Part shown: positions 11,655-25,099 of the stretch, in pieces
Position numbering within the stretch: position 1 is the stretch's first letter
How the letters are laid out: every line of letters begins with the position of its first letter
From: Mobula hypostoma
Taxonomy: Eukaryota
DNA: 64,000 nt
Assembly: GCF_963921235.1 (NCBI RefSeq)
Contig: NC_086097.1
Coordinates: 146,756,001-146,820,000, forward strand
Direction of reading: 5' to 3'
Notes under the pieces: model-generated
The model's input: the letters and a program-made list of their open reading frames with translations, nothing else
Told to the model about the DNA's origin: nothing
Database searches by the model: none
Program-made: the position numbers and the translations under genes

Positions 11655-12700
11655 CCTTAAGTACAAAGACAACGTTAGCCACCTTCCAGCTTTCCAGTGC
11701 CTCACACTTGGGTAAGGAAGACACAAGAATCTCAGTCACAGTTCCAGTAATTTCTTCCCTTGCTTCCCACAATGACATGGATACAACACTGAAATACTTT
11801 CCATAGATCTCATGCGACCCTGGGAATTTATCAACTATTATGCATCTGGGTCCTATGTCATTTAAAACCTCACCCTTCCTACTACTGACCCGTTGCAGAT
11901 TACCCACCTGGTTCTCCCTGAAGTTACCATTCTTCATGTCCTCCTCCTCAGTGAATGCGGATGCAAAATGTTTCATCTTAGGACCCTGCCTACTTTGCCT
12001 GTTACCACACATAGATTACCCCTTTGATGCCAAAGGGGAATCACACCTTTCCTGGCTACCCTCTCTCTCCTGATGTACTTAAGGCATGACCTGGGATTCT
12101 TCTAAATCTTACTTGTCAAGGTTAGGTTGAGATTCCTTTTTGCCCTACGATTTTCTTCCTTAAGATCTCTTCTACACTATATTTCACAGGAGGTTCTATC
12201 AAACTCAGTTGTCTATATCTGCCTCATGATTCCTTTTTGTTTCTGATCAAACCTTCAATACTCTTTGTTATCCAATGTTCCCTAATCTTGCCATCTTTTC
12301 CTTTCACTCTAACTGGAACACGTCAGCCCTGGCAACTCTCTCTTAAAAGACTCCCACTTGCCAGCTCTTGTTTTATCTGCAAGCAACTGCTCATGATCTA
12401 CTTTTGCCAGGTCCTGTTTTACACAATTAAAATCAGCCTCCCCTAGGTCTTAAGTTAAGGACCAACTTCAACTTTATTCGTAACTACCTTGAAACTTACA
12501 GAGTTGTAATTACTGTTCCCAGGTGCCGCCATCATCTCTCCATCCAGCATCATAGACACTTCCATTACCTGCCCAATCTCTTACAAGATTCTCTATGTAT
12601 TGTCTCAATAAACCTTCTGGGATTCACTGAGAAAAGCCCCTTTGCACGAAGCTAACTTCCCAGTTAATACTGGGAAAGTTAGAATCCCCCACCACTATAA
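11655..12700 (-). mobile_element. Old CR1 ORF2 relic (EN end, linker, RT start)
   Basis: HFASAFTEE, VDKFPG, LWEAREEI, WKVANVV in ORF 11587-12012; VVGDSNFP-like EN motif near 12680. Confidence 0.8.
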
Positions 12701-13419
12701 CTCATTTGCTCTTACACCTTTCTACAATGTGGTAAAATATGTTAAAATACACATTTTTAAACTTGAAACTTCTTGTAGTGACCATTCTCTCAATGTTGCA
12801 TTGGAAATTCCAAAGTTTTGCATCGATGATGAAGAAGGAGGAGCAAGGGTTGCCCAAGTCCAGGTGGTATGGATGTCCAAGAGAGTGCTGAAGTTTTTGA
12901 ATTTTCGAGCTGCACTTTCCAGTCAAGTGACAGCTATTGTTGTTTTGGGCCTGGTAGAAGACTTCGTGGAGCATTCAACACAGAATAATCATTTTTTTCT
13001 GTAATTGATTTGAAATGAAATATTAAACTGATGAACACATTATTTCAATAATAATCATCTGGTATTATCATTTGTGTTAAGTGTAAACTTAATTTTTACA
13101 ATTTATCATTTCCCATAGAACAGAACTGACAGTAATTTGAACAGCAAAATCTGAAATTAAAACTGAAATTAAACGTAATGTTTTGTATGGTTGCTACACA
13201 TGTGGTGGGGAGTAAACTACCAGAAGCACATTTTCCTTTTGAGTAGGAAGGGAAAAAAATCTGATATTACAGTGATGATTCATGGAAGCAGCATGCTTCG
13301 TGCTTGAATGTTTGTTGAACATACGATGGTGCTCTAGAACAATTACCAGCTTCAGAGGTTTCAGGGGGGAAGACTGGAGTCAGTTACTTTTGTATGCCTA
13401 TGCTAATTATTTAAAGATT

Positions 13420-13695
13420 TAAGGATAAGCTTTATTTGTCACATATACACTAAAACATAGAGGGAAATGCACTGTTTGTCTAATGAATGGGCTGGGGGTA
13501 GCCCAGAAGTGTTGCCGTGCTTGCAGCGCCAAAATAGCATGCGCACACCTTACTAACCCGTATGTCTTTGGAATATGGGAGGAAACCAGAGCACCTGGCA
13601 TGGGGAGAATGTACAAACCTCTAACAGTGTGGAAATTGAACCAAGATCGCTGATCAGGTGTTATAGCGTTATGTTAACCACTATGCTACTGTGCA
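13420..13695 (-). mobile_element. V-SINE variant with Rex1-type tail
   Basis: Reverse V-domain TGGGAGGAAACCAGAGCACCTGG; tail on minus strand ATGTGACAAATAAAGCT. Confidence 0.65.
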
Positions 13696-13699
13696 ACCC

Positions 13700-15941
13700 T
13701 AATGATAAAATTTGAGAAAGAGAAGCTGAAATCTGATGTGTCAGTATTTCACTGGAGTAAAGGAAATTACAGTGGCATGAGAGAGGAACTGGCCAAAGTT
13801 GACTGGAAAGGGACACTGGCGGGAAGGATGACAGAGCAGCAGTGGCTGGAGTTTATGCGAGAAGTGAGGAAGGTGCAAGATAGATATTTTCCAGAAAAGA
13901 AGAAATTTTCAAATGGAAAAAGGATGCAACCGTGGCTGACAAGAGAAGTCAAAGCCAAAGTTAAAGCAAAGGAGAGGGCATACAAGGAAGCAAAAATTAG
14001 TGGGAAGACAGAGGATTGGGAAGTTTTTAAAAGCTTACAAAAGGAAACTAAGAAGGCCATTAAGAGGAAAAAGGTGAACTATGAAAGGAAGCTAGCAAAT
14101 AATATCAAAGAAGATACTAAAAGCTTTTTCAAGTATATAAAGAGTAAAAGACAGGTGAGAATAGATATAGGACCGATAGAAAATGATGCTGGAGAAATTG
14201 TAATGGGAGATAAGGAGATGGCGGAGGAACTGAGCGAGTATTTTGCATCAGTCTTCACTGAGGAAGACATCAGCAGTATACTGGATACTCAAGGGTGTCA
14301 GGGAAGAGAAGTGTGCACAGTCACAATTACGACAGAGAACGTACTCAGGAAGCTGAATCGTCTAAGGGTAGATAAGTCTCCCAGACCAGATGGAATGCAC
14401 CCTCGTGTTCTGAAGGAAGTAGCTGTGGAGATTGCGGAGGCATTAGTAATGATCTTTCAAAAGTCAATAGATGCTGGCATGGTTCCAGAGGACTGGAAGA
14501 TTGCAAATGTCACTCCGCTATTTAAGAAGGGGGCAAGGAAGCAAAAAGGAAATTATAAACCTGTTAGCTTGACCTCGGTGGTTGGGAAGTTGTTGGAGTT
14601 GATTGTCAAGGATGAGGTTATGGAGTACCTGGAGGCATATGACAAGGTAGGCAGAACTCAGCATGATTTCCTTAAAGGAAAATCCTACCTGACAAACCTA
14701 TTGCAATTTTTTGAGGAAATTACGAGTAGGCTAGAAAAGGGAGATGCAGTGGATGTTGTGTATTTGGATTTTCAAAAGGCCTTTGACAAGGTGCCACACA
14801 TGAGGCTGCTAAACAAGATAAGAGCCCATGGAATTATGGGGAAGTTACATATGTAGATAGAGCATTGGCTGATTGGCAGGAAACGGAGTGTGGGAATAAA
14901 GGGATCCCATTCTGGTTGATTGCCGGTTACCAGTGGTGTTCCACAGGGGTCTGTGTTGGGGCCGCTTCTTTTTATGTTGTACATCAACAATAGATGGCTT
15001 TGTGGCTAAGTTTGTTGATGATACAAAGATAGGTGGAGGGGCCAGTAGAGCTGAGGAAACAGAGAGTCTGCAGAGAGACTTGGATAGGTTGGGAGAATGG
15101 GCAAAGAAGTGGCAAATGAAATACAATGTTGGGAAGTGTATGGTTATACACTTTGGTAGAAGAAATAAATGGGCAGACTATTATTTAAATGGGGTGAGAA
15201 TTCAAAGTTCTGAGATGCAACGGGACTTGGGAGTCCTTGTTCATGATACTCTTAAGGTTAACCTCCAGGATGAGTCGGTGGTGAAGAAGGCGAATGCAAT
15301 GTTGGCATTAATTTCTAGAGGAATAGAGTATAGGAGCAGGGATGTGATGTTGAGGCTCTGTAAGGGACTGGTAAGACCTCACTTGGAGTACTGTGTGCAG
15401 TTTTGGGCTCCTTATTTAAGAAAAGATGCGCTGACATTGGAGAGGGTTCAGAGAAGATTCACTAGAATGATTCCGGGAATGAGAGGTTTAACATATGAGG
15501 AACGTTTGACCACTCTTGGACTGTACTCCTTGGAGTTTAGAAGAATGAGGGGGGACCTCATAGAAACATTTCAAATGTTGAAAGGCGTGGACAGAGTGGA
15601 TGTGGCAAAGTTGTTTCCCATTTGGGGGAGTCTAGTACGAGAGGGCATGACTTAAGGATTGAAGGGCACCCATTCAGAACAGAAATGCAAAGAAATTTTT
15701 TTAGCCAGAGGGTGGTGAATCTGTGGAATTTGTTGCCTCGGGCGGCAGTGGAGGTCAAGTCATTGGGTGTATTTAAGCCAGAGATTGACAGGTATCTGAG
15801 TAGCCAGGGCATCAAAGGTTATGCTGAGAAGGCGGGGGAGTGGGACTAAATGGGAGAATGGATCAGCTCATGATAAAATGGTGGAGCAGACTCTATGGGC
15901 CGAACGGCCGACTTCTGCTCCTTTGTCTTATGGTCTTATGG
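13700..15941 (+). mobile_element. Young CR1 LINE, 5'-truncated ORF2 (RT)
   Basis: 384-aa and 240-aa ORFs with RT motifs (YLDFQKAFDKV, KFVDDTK); premature TAG at 14854-14856 plus frameshifts; (TCTTATGG)n tail. Confidence 0.97.
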
Positions 15942-17159
15942 ATAGATCCACATCACAATTCTAAAAGTATCTGTTAGCATTTGTTGGTGAAGAACATAAT
16001 TAAAATGTCATCAGATTTGCTGAGAGCTTCCAGCATTTCTGCTTTCCCACATTGGTGCTCTCCACCAATATCCCATCTCCTTGTGCATTGCTGCCTTGCT
16101 TCCTTTTTTAAAAACATTTCAAGCTATATTCCTTTCAACAGCATTAGTGACTTACATTACCTGAAGGCATGGAATGCCTGTGCTTATTTTGGTATGAACC
16201 TTTCCATTAAGTTTGGAATTCAGTCTCAGCTTCCCAAATAGAGGTATCAGAAAGCTGAATTATTTTGAGAAAGGAACTTTATTTCAGTTACATCCAACTT
16301 GTCAGGAAGTCTATGCCACTTTTCAATAAAGAGCATGAGTATTTTTTCTAATCTTTTAACGATTATTCATCCTTCAACTGACCTCACTAATAGACATTTC
16401 ATTTCTTCATGTTGATGAGATCCTTTTATGTTAAAACTGGATTTCCCATGTTGCTAAATGCAACTGTAATTCATTGGCTGTAGAGTGCTTTGTAACTGCA
16501 AATGAAGTTGTACAAGTTTAGGTTCTTTCTTCTTAACAGATGACCTAACATACCAAATGTATTTATCCAACCTGTTCCTTCTTCCACAATCTGAAAATAT
16601 AATAGGAAAATAAAGAGGACATTCGCAATCATGCCTTGTTATATCCTTCAGAGAAAGATAATTGTGGCTTTAAACCATATTGCTGCCGAAGAAAAAGTTG
16701 CAAAGACATGAAAATCTGAATTGTTCTTAGCAAGTCAGCTAAATGGCTGAACAATAGAAGATTATCACTGAATGATGTGGAAATACACATTGTGCTGTAG
16801 AAATTTCCTTTTGGCAATTAAATTACATTGGCCGCCTGTTACATTCCCCATTCTACTGTTGAAGTCAATGGTACCATTATGGACTGTGGAATTGAATGGA
16901 TGGCAGATTCAATCCACCCACATTACACTACCACTCAAAATATCTTTTGATAAGTAACTATTTTCAGATCCTCAATCTTTCTTTCCCAAGAGATTTATCA
17001 TGTTTAACACTCCACGAAAACTGCTCACAACCTTAAATCACACTGGACCACCAGAAACATTTTAGTATTGGGAGGGCTTGGTAAACAATCACCCACTTCA
17101 GAACTTTAGATTGATTGTTCATTTAAAAATCCTTGCTTTACACTCTGCCAGGTTCTTGT

Positions 17160-18152
17160 GACAAATTTGCTTCATGCAGCCTGTGAGATAAGTTGTCAGG
17201 AAGTGAAGTGATAGAGGGAGATTGATTAGGCAGGGTAAGGACAGGTTCCTACCGAGAATTGATCCTTTACAGGTTGCTATTTTTTAGATAAAAATGTCAA
17301 CTGCTGTAAGGTGTGACAGACAGTGACTGTAATTACAGAGGTCAGTGACTTCAGAATAAGTTTAGGCTCATGTTTTAAAGATGGCTATTTGAGATCAGCA
17401 AAGTGAATAGTTATGTTGGTATTTGAATCCTTACAGCTGCTATTGTGTTCTACAGAAGGTTAGTCATTGTGTTCTACGTTTTGGTTGAGTGCTTTTTGAT
17501 TTCAAGATAAGGTTCAAAATCCACCTCTTACAGATAAAACTTTTGGTGCATTTGCTTCTTATCACATTTTGCAGTTTTCTTTGAAATTTATTTTCAGTAG
17601 TAATAAAAAGTCTTTTATGAAATACTCAATATTTTGCAAATTCCCGCTGTTGATTTTTTTGCCTTTGTTCATACTCGGGCACACCTACCTTCCACTCCTG
17701 TCTTCTTTCTTTATACAGGGATACTGTCCATAATACTTTTATTATCTTCTCCCTTACTTCAACCTGTTTAAATTTAGGACATAGCTGATGGAAGATAAAC
17801 AAAGACAGAGACAAGCAAGTAGTTAAGTGGAGCATCTATTCCCCATTCCCTCTCTCTCCTTAGGACAGGCTTATTTTGACTGTGAGGTTACTTGACAATG
17901 GATTGTTTTTTGTTTGGGTTTAGTCTGATACTCATCTTTAAAATATGATCCTAAACTTATTCCAAAGTCACTGACCTCTGTAATTACAATCAGTGTCAAT
18001 CACACCTTACAGCCACTGACATTTTTATCAAAAAAAATGGCATCCTGTTCAGGATCATTTCTTGGTAGGAACCTGCCCTTACCCTGCCTCATCAATCTCA
18101 CTCTACCACTTCCTGACAACTCATCTCATAGGCTGCATGAAGCAAATTTGTC
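17160..18152. repeat. Long inverted repeat, ~235-bp arms around a ~535-bp spacer, 5-bp direct flanks
   Basis: 17160-~17395 is the reverse complement of ~17930-18152 with scattered mismatches; CTTGT at 17155-17159 and 18153-18157. Confidence 0.85.
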
Positions 18153-19124
18153 CTTGTGCTGTATCTGTAAATAAATAAACTTCAATATGCCATATTTTTC
18201 CATTTTCAATCTGCTTGATTCTCTCAGCTCACAAACCTTACTGTGTGATTTGAACCCGTTCTTTTCCTTTCTTCCATCTTCATTTCCAGATCTGGCTGAT
18301 CAGAAATAGGCACATATCTGTAGGAGAGTTACACCTAACAGAGGGCACGTCAGAAGTAACTGAGTGTAGATGCTTTATCGTGAGACCTGGTTTGGCTTGC
18401 ATGATTTACTTCTTCAGTGCCTCGTTCACTATTCACAATAAGCTTTCATCTTTTCTCTTTCAGGCTAGGTGATAAGGAGTTTTGAAGATCTGATTTCATT
18501 CCAAAACTTGATCAAGTAGAAATGATGGAAATTGTAAACCAATTTCTAATACAATCTCCTGAGGAAGACCATTGCCATGAAAGTTGATTGGAGTTCTTCT
18601 ATAGTGTAGTCTGTGGTGATTCTTCATTCCAAATACTTTATTCTAATAAATTTTGAATGAGTATCCACCAACACCAGGAAGTTTTCAATTGACTATGTGG
18701 ACATGCTGGAATGATATAATGGGCAGGCTGCACATTGAGAAAGATACTTTTGGAGGTTGCAATCTGTATTCTTGGCACTCTATGTACTTGCTAACTCAGA
18801 TACTTCCCTGCACCAGTCTAACAAAAAAAGTCATGAGCCATTGCCTTTATGTCAATAACGTTCAAAAGCTCTGAGTTTAGTTCTTCTATAGTTGTTTCAC
18901 AGTCTTTATTTTGTGAACAGCTTGTTATGTCTAGGATAAAAAGGCTTTATATTCTTATGTAATCGTGAGCCTAATTAATTTCAGAGATGCAAAAAATGCT
19001 CAGCAGCTTAGTTTAATACTGGATCCTTAAATTAATTTGCCATCTGCACTGGTATTTCATGAAAAATTTTCTCTACTGACCTTGGGGTCAAACACATGCA
19101 AATCAAAGAAGGTGCCTGAAGTTA

Positions 19125-19400
19125 AAACCTTAAGTAGGTGCTTTCCCTTATGAGGAAAGGTGGGGCAGACTTGACCTGGATCTACTGGACTCTAAAAGTG
19201 TGAGAAAAGACATGACTGAAACACAAATGATTCTGAGACAACTTGTGAAGTTCAAGTAGAGAAAATAAGAAGGCAGGCTTTGTTTTTTTTTCACTCAGAT
19301 GGTCTTTGGAACACTCTCCTTCAAAGAATAAAAGAAGTGCAGTCCCAAGATGTTTTATGGTAAAGGGTACTGCAGTAGATAGGGATATCAGAGATGATAT
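19125..19400 (+). mobile_element. Old CR1 3' relic
   Basis: YEERW..LDL..LD....KDMTETQMIL; inverted homologue at 22120-22250. Confidence 0.7.
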
Positions 19401-19554
19401 CATGATAAATCAGCAATGATTTTATTAAATGCAAGACAGTCTTGAAGAAACAAATAACTTACGCTTGCTTCAAGTTGATATTGGTCACTGATAACAAATA
19501 CTCATTAACCATCCCTTGCAGCAGCTCCACTACTTCTGCAGAATATGTCCTAAT

Positions 19555-21560
19555 ATAATTATGTCTCACAACCTCAGACCTCACTACAGCGTGGCAACCA
19601 CTGGAAGTAGGCATCATGGCGGGGTGCACCATCTCCCCAATGGCCTTCACTATGGCAATGGAGCTCATTATCAGGGCCTCAAAATGGGTTGCGGGAGGAA
19701 AAGGGCTACAGTTTGGTCAACAGTTGCCACCGATATGAGCCTATATGGACGATATAACAATACTGATGACAATTGTCCCCTGCACCAGGAGACTTAGGAA
19801 AAGCTTCATCAAAACATCACATGGGCGAAGATGAAGGTCAAGCCCAGCAAGTGCGGAAGCATCTCCATTGTCAAAGGTCAAGTCACGGATAAAAGATTTC
19901 CGATTGACAGGACACCTGTCCCAACTGGTTCAGAAATGCCAGTGAAGAGCTTGGGCCGATGGTATGATGCTAAGCTCAAGGACACCGAGCAGTTTGAACA
20001 ACTCAAAGGATATCATCATGTACATAGTTCACATCAACAAGACCTTGCTGCCAGGAAAACTCAAGCTGTGGTGCTTCCAGTTTGGCATACTCCCGAGACT
20101 CATGTGGCCTTTAACAGTGTATGAAATCCCCATCAGCAAGGTTGAAAAGCTCGAAAGGGTGATCAGCACTCATGTAAAACAGTGGCTTGGACTTCCACGA
20201 AGCTTATGTCCTGTTGGATTGTACGGAAACAGGAAGCTTGGTCATGACCCTCACTGAATCTGAAGATACTGTTATTCGAACAGCAGCCCCCCACCCCCGT
20301 GGCAATGGGGAGGAAGTGGGCCCCATCTGAAGCCGTTCAGAGTGCTAAGTCTGCTCTTCTCTTCAGGGATGTGGTTGGCCAAGTCCAACATGGGAGAGCT
20401 GAGCTCGGGCTTGTCCCAAAGGCTCCTCAATGGCACAAGGCAACATCAGTGCAGAAGGGACGACTCGTGGTGGAGGATTTGAGAAGACAGGAGGAGGCAG
20501 AGTGACACGCCAGGGCCGTCTCAATGGCCAAGCAGGGCCAATGGACTAATTGGGAGAGCCTGGAAAAGAGGAAACTTAGCTGGCGTGACATCTGGGAGTT
20601 GGAGGGATCTCAGCTAAGTTTTGTCATCAGAGCCACTTACGGCCTCCTACCCACACTCCAGAACCTGAACCAGTCAAGCATCTGCGCCAATAAGGCACAT
20701 TTTAACAGGATGCACCACGAGCCTCATCCAGGGATGGTACACTTGGTGGCATAACCAAGTTCTCAGACAGCTGGCATCAATCTTGGAACACAGGCGAATC
20801 ACCACAAATGCTCTCCCACAAACATTGGCAGAAAATGTCCACATCACACGATTTGTACCAGCAGGCCACCCTCCAGAGCACCATATAACATCAAAAGATG
20901 TAAGCATTCTGCAAGTTGCTCGGGTTTGGAAAATGGACGTGGACTTGGAAAAAAAGCTTGTGTTTCCCCCAGACATTGCGGCTACAATGCTCTGGCCAGA
21001 CATGATCCTGTGGTCCACAAGCCAAGCTGGCATATGTTGTGGAATTGACAGTACCATGGGAAGATGGTGTCGAAGAAGCTTATGAGAGGAGAAAGACCAA
21101 GTACTCTGAACTGGCAACTGAAGCTGCCCAGAATGTCTGGAAGACCAAGATTTTCCCTGTAGAAGTGGGATGCAAGGGATTCGTTGCTACGACCAGTCTA
21201 TTGAAGAAGATGGGAGTGAGGGGTCACTCCCTCCAACAAGCGATCAAGTCCTTGTCAAATGTAGTAGAAGAAAGCAGCAATTGGATTTAGATTAAAAGAA
21301 AAGACAACAACTGGGCTGCAAGATGAAGACAGGAGGGTATGGCACTGAAGGGGGTGTATCTGGGACGCCAGGTAGCACCATTGAGCTGTCTGGAGATGTC
21401 GTGGGCTTATCAACGAAACGTCAAAGAAGGAGGGTGCCCACCTGATGACCCCAATGACGTACCTACCTTCCTTGTCACCACTCTAAGCCCACTGCCAACA
21501 TCGAGAGTGCCGACTTACCACAAGGATTGAAACATCAAGTCCTAGTAGCTCTACTCTACT
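19555..21560 (+). mobile_element. HERO-clade (R2-like, restriction-like endonuclease) non-LTR retrotransposon, 5'-truncated, frameshifted
   Basis: GIMAGCTISP, YMDDIT, KPSKCGSISIVKG, LPGKLKLWCFQFGILPRLMWPL, HILTGC..WYTWWHNQVL, RLE motif PDMILWS..ELTVPWE..AYERRKTKY..PVEVGCKGF; ~240-bp 3' UTR. Confidence 0.9.
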
Positions 21561-21666
21561 GACATAGGCTATTAGGCATCCAAAGAAAATGTAATACTGA
21601 AAGCCTTATTGGTATTGCATGACAAAACCCAAACCTAGAGATTGCAATATTTACCCTAAAGTCTGA

Positions 21667-22110
21667 ACACAAGAGATTCTGCAGATGCAGGAAATCTTGA
21701 GCAACACACACAAAATGCTGGAGCAACTCAGCAAGTTAGGCAACATCTATGGAGGAGAATAAGCAGTTGAACTTCCTGGTTGAGGTCCTTCGACAGGACT
21801 GGAAAGGAAGGGGGCACAAGCCAGAATAAGAAGCTGGGAGCTGAGAGGTGGAAGGGTAAAGGCTGAAGAAGAAGGGATCTGATAGGAGAGGACAGTGGAC
21901 CATGGAGGAAAGTGACGGAGGAGGAGTGCCTAAGGGAAATGGTGGACAGGTGAGGAGAAGAGACGGTGTGAGGGGGGAACCAGAATGGTGAATAGAGAAA
22001 GAGAGAAGGGGGAGGGTGTAGAAATTGTCAGATGTTAGAGTAATCAATGTTCATGCCATTAGGTAGGAGGCTACCCAGACAGAATATGAAGTGTTGCCTC
22101 CAACCTGTTG
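21667..22110 (-). mobile_element. Penelope-like 3' fragment with decayed hammerhead motif
   Basis: QHFIFCLGSLLPNGMNIDYS, pyrimidine-rich UTR, CTGTCGA-AGGACCTCAACCA-GGAA, terminal repeat as at 9490-9576. Confidence 0.85.
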
Positions 22111-22119
22111 GCATGAACA

Positions 22120-22500
22120 TATGAACCTGCCAAGATGCCTCAAGATCATTTGTGTTTCAGTCATGTTCTTTCTTACTCTTCTAAAGTCCAGTGGATTCAG
22201 GCCAAATCTGTCCCACCTTTCCTCATAAAGGAAATCACCCATTCAAGGTATTGGCCTTCCTTGAATTGTGTCCAATGCCTTACAATTTTTCCCGAACTAA
22301 GGAGACTAATATATAATTCCGTACAGCAGACGCAGTCACATATTGCTGATTCACACACTCCCTACATTCCTTTCCAATTTTCTTCATGATAAACAATAAC
22401 ATTCTGCTAGGTTTCCACTGTGCCTACATATAAGACTTATAAATTGAACACCAGGACACTCAGATGCCTCTGCGTCACCGAACTCTGGGACCTCTTCCCA
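22120..22500 (-). mobile_element. Old CR1 3' relic
   Basis: ORF 22051-22242: YEERWDRFGLNPLDFRRVRKNMTETQMIL. Confidence 0.75.
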
Positions 22501-25099
22501 TATAAAGAAGCTGCTGCCAGAGGAAGTCGTTGAGACAACAAGGATAGGAAGTTTTAGAGAGATTATAGGTAAAACCTGGACAAATGGAACTAATTTAGAT
22601 GAGCATCATCTTGGTCAGAATGGATGAGATTGGCCGTAGGGTCTGTTTCTGTACTGAATTACTATATGATCTGATAGAAGATGCTTATTTTATTTATGTG
22701 AGTCCCTTGGAGAATGGTTTGAAGGATTTAATGATATTTCTTTGTGTCAGTTACAATCAAAACGTTGATTACGTATATCAATTTGGACTCCATTTAGAAT
22801 CTTGTGCACTGTGGTTTAAATATCTTGTGAGATGACTTCATCCTAAAAGGCAGACTTATGACTGTTAATTTTAAGATCACATTGGCTTTCAGTAACTATT
22901 TTTAATTATGCAAATGGATCACAGGATGTTGGCCCCCTGACAATACTGTGTAGTCAATGACTATTGCTCGTTGATCATGATTCAGCTGATTGTTACCTGT
23001 AGTCCCTACAAAGCCTGATGGTCCAGTCTTCATCAGGTGCTGTCTACTATGCAGAGATTTCACTGATGCACTAGCTATCCCATTGAGTGTTGTGCATATG
23101 ATAATGGTCTAGATTTGCAGTCAATTAGCTTGGAGCCTGGCTTAATTGTTTGAACATAGATGCACTTGTTCTAGAAGGTTACTTGAATTATTGTTAGGTT
23201 GTCTTATATTTCTAAATACACTTTACCAATTCACTTTTAATATGGTTAGCTAATCATTTGTGTAGTCAGCCGCTGTGAATGGTGCTTTCAGATACTGAAC
23301 TTATTCAGAAACTGTACATGACATTCTGATATCGCTTTAGTACCTAGGCAGAATCTGTCTTCCATTTTGGCAGACTTTTCCTTTGGTGAACTTCTCGATG
23401 CACTGTACATACCTCTATCACAGCTGAACAGGCAGTAATTTTATTAGCATTCATAATGATATTATGGTCTTTCACTATCACTTTAGTTTCAAAATTGTAC
23501 TTCACATTATTCTGTTGGCAGTATATTTGCTGTCTAAGATTTGCTCTTCTCAAAGATGCATAACTTCAATTTTATACAAGCCTTATCTCCATGGTTTTCT
23601 AATGTAATTGTTGCTCTGGGACTGAAGAAAATATTTGGCTGATGTTATTCTGGCTCGCCGCTCTGAGTCTAATCTTACATTTGCAGATGTATATCATTTT
23701 GTTCTGCAGTTCCAAAGTTTCACTTCTCTAAATTGTGATGGAAGATCTCCACTGCGCTGATAGCATTTTTCTCATTGGTGCCATCTTTCATGCCTCAGTC
23801 ATGTGCCTCAACCTTGGTGTCATGGTCTTATAGTCTTATTATACCCCTAACTTAGCTACTACCATTTGTCGTGTATAATGGATTAAAACTGATAATAGCA
23901 ATTGATCGATGTGATAATCTTAAATGCACACTCATTTTTTAAATCTTTGAATATTTAGCAATTTGGATTGAATATGCTTCTGTATTAAGCTGCTCACAGA
24001 CTTGTCCCACTGCGGTTGGTTCACGAAGGTACTAAGATTAGTGTCGAGAGAGAATTTTCACCACTTTATAATCATTACCAATCATGCCTAATCTCAAGTA
24101 TATAATTTACTGAAAATGTGAGGTTAAAGTGATTCAGAAATCTTTCTTTTACTTCTTCAAATCAAACTTTTTTATTCTTGCGTGACATTAGGAAATCTAC
24201 TAAAGTGGAATTGTCTCGATTTCAGTTCTATTGTTCACCCTGATGAACATCCTCATGAATTTTATGAAAGAACTGAAAGCTTTGTACACTTTAGCAAAAG
24301 TACCAAATTTGCTGACACCCCTGTCCTCAGTCAGAGGGAGTCTGAGGTAGCTCTGCTTTAACTGGCACAATAGATTTCTTTCCAAAACTACATGTTAGTT
24401 ATAACATTTATATGAAATATATTTGGGACATACTATTGCCTACATTCATTGTACTCAGCAGTGAAGTACATTCCTCTGTAATACGTTAATGCCAGTAATG
24501 TTATCTCCTTAAACACTGCATCAACATTTGAGAGGCTGCTACACAAGTGTCAGCTCCTCTGTGTCCAGAGCAGCAGGACCCTATTCTGTTTTTTTTTGTC
24601 ACAAAGTCTTTGTGCTCAGTGCATTAGCTTTCAGTGTCTCCATGAGCACATAAACACACACTATGTGCCATGCCAGCAAGCAGCATTTATTTGCAGCCAC
24701 TTTCTTACAAAGGAGGGCTAATAATTTTCAGGCAAGCCAAAATGCATCTTTCATAGAGTAGATGATTTTCCAGCAGTTAGTGTTTGTCTCAGTAATTGTT
24801 TCTGGAAAAAGCTCACTAATGCTGAAAGCCCTCTTTAATCCAGCTGCCCAGAATGAACCTTTTCAGAGCTTCTTGGCAAGCATACTGTACACAAGAAGGT
24901 GGACAGCTATTTCATCTGCACCACGGTGATTTCAAGGACCTTCTGTAGTGCGATTCAGCCCCTTGCTGTGTATGAAAGTTCTGATAGGGTGAGCCACTCT
25001 CATCAGTGGCCAAGCAAGATGCTTATTTCTGTGTTCTGCTGATCAAGCATTCTGCTAAATAACTCTGACTGGGGAAACCATCCCACAGGATCCATAAAT

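Noticed and set aside
12642..13004. 120-aa ORF that looks like a host exon (DHSLNVALEIPKFCIDDEEGG...)
   Set aside because: The opposite strand resembles a decayed LINE 3' region (FYQAQ.., KLWN), no strong donor site, and no protein I recognise.
18242..18317. Minus-strand exon-like segment (YVPISDQPDLEMKMEERKRTGSNHT)
   Set aside because: Plausible AG and GT flanks but no recognisable product and no consistent neighbouring exons.
21385..21450. Hammerhead-like boxes in the HERO 3' UTR (CTGGAGA, GAAACGTC, CTGATGA)
   Set aside because: Type I reading has a core mismatch; type II reading has no stem I or stem II pairing.
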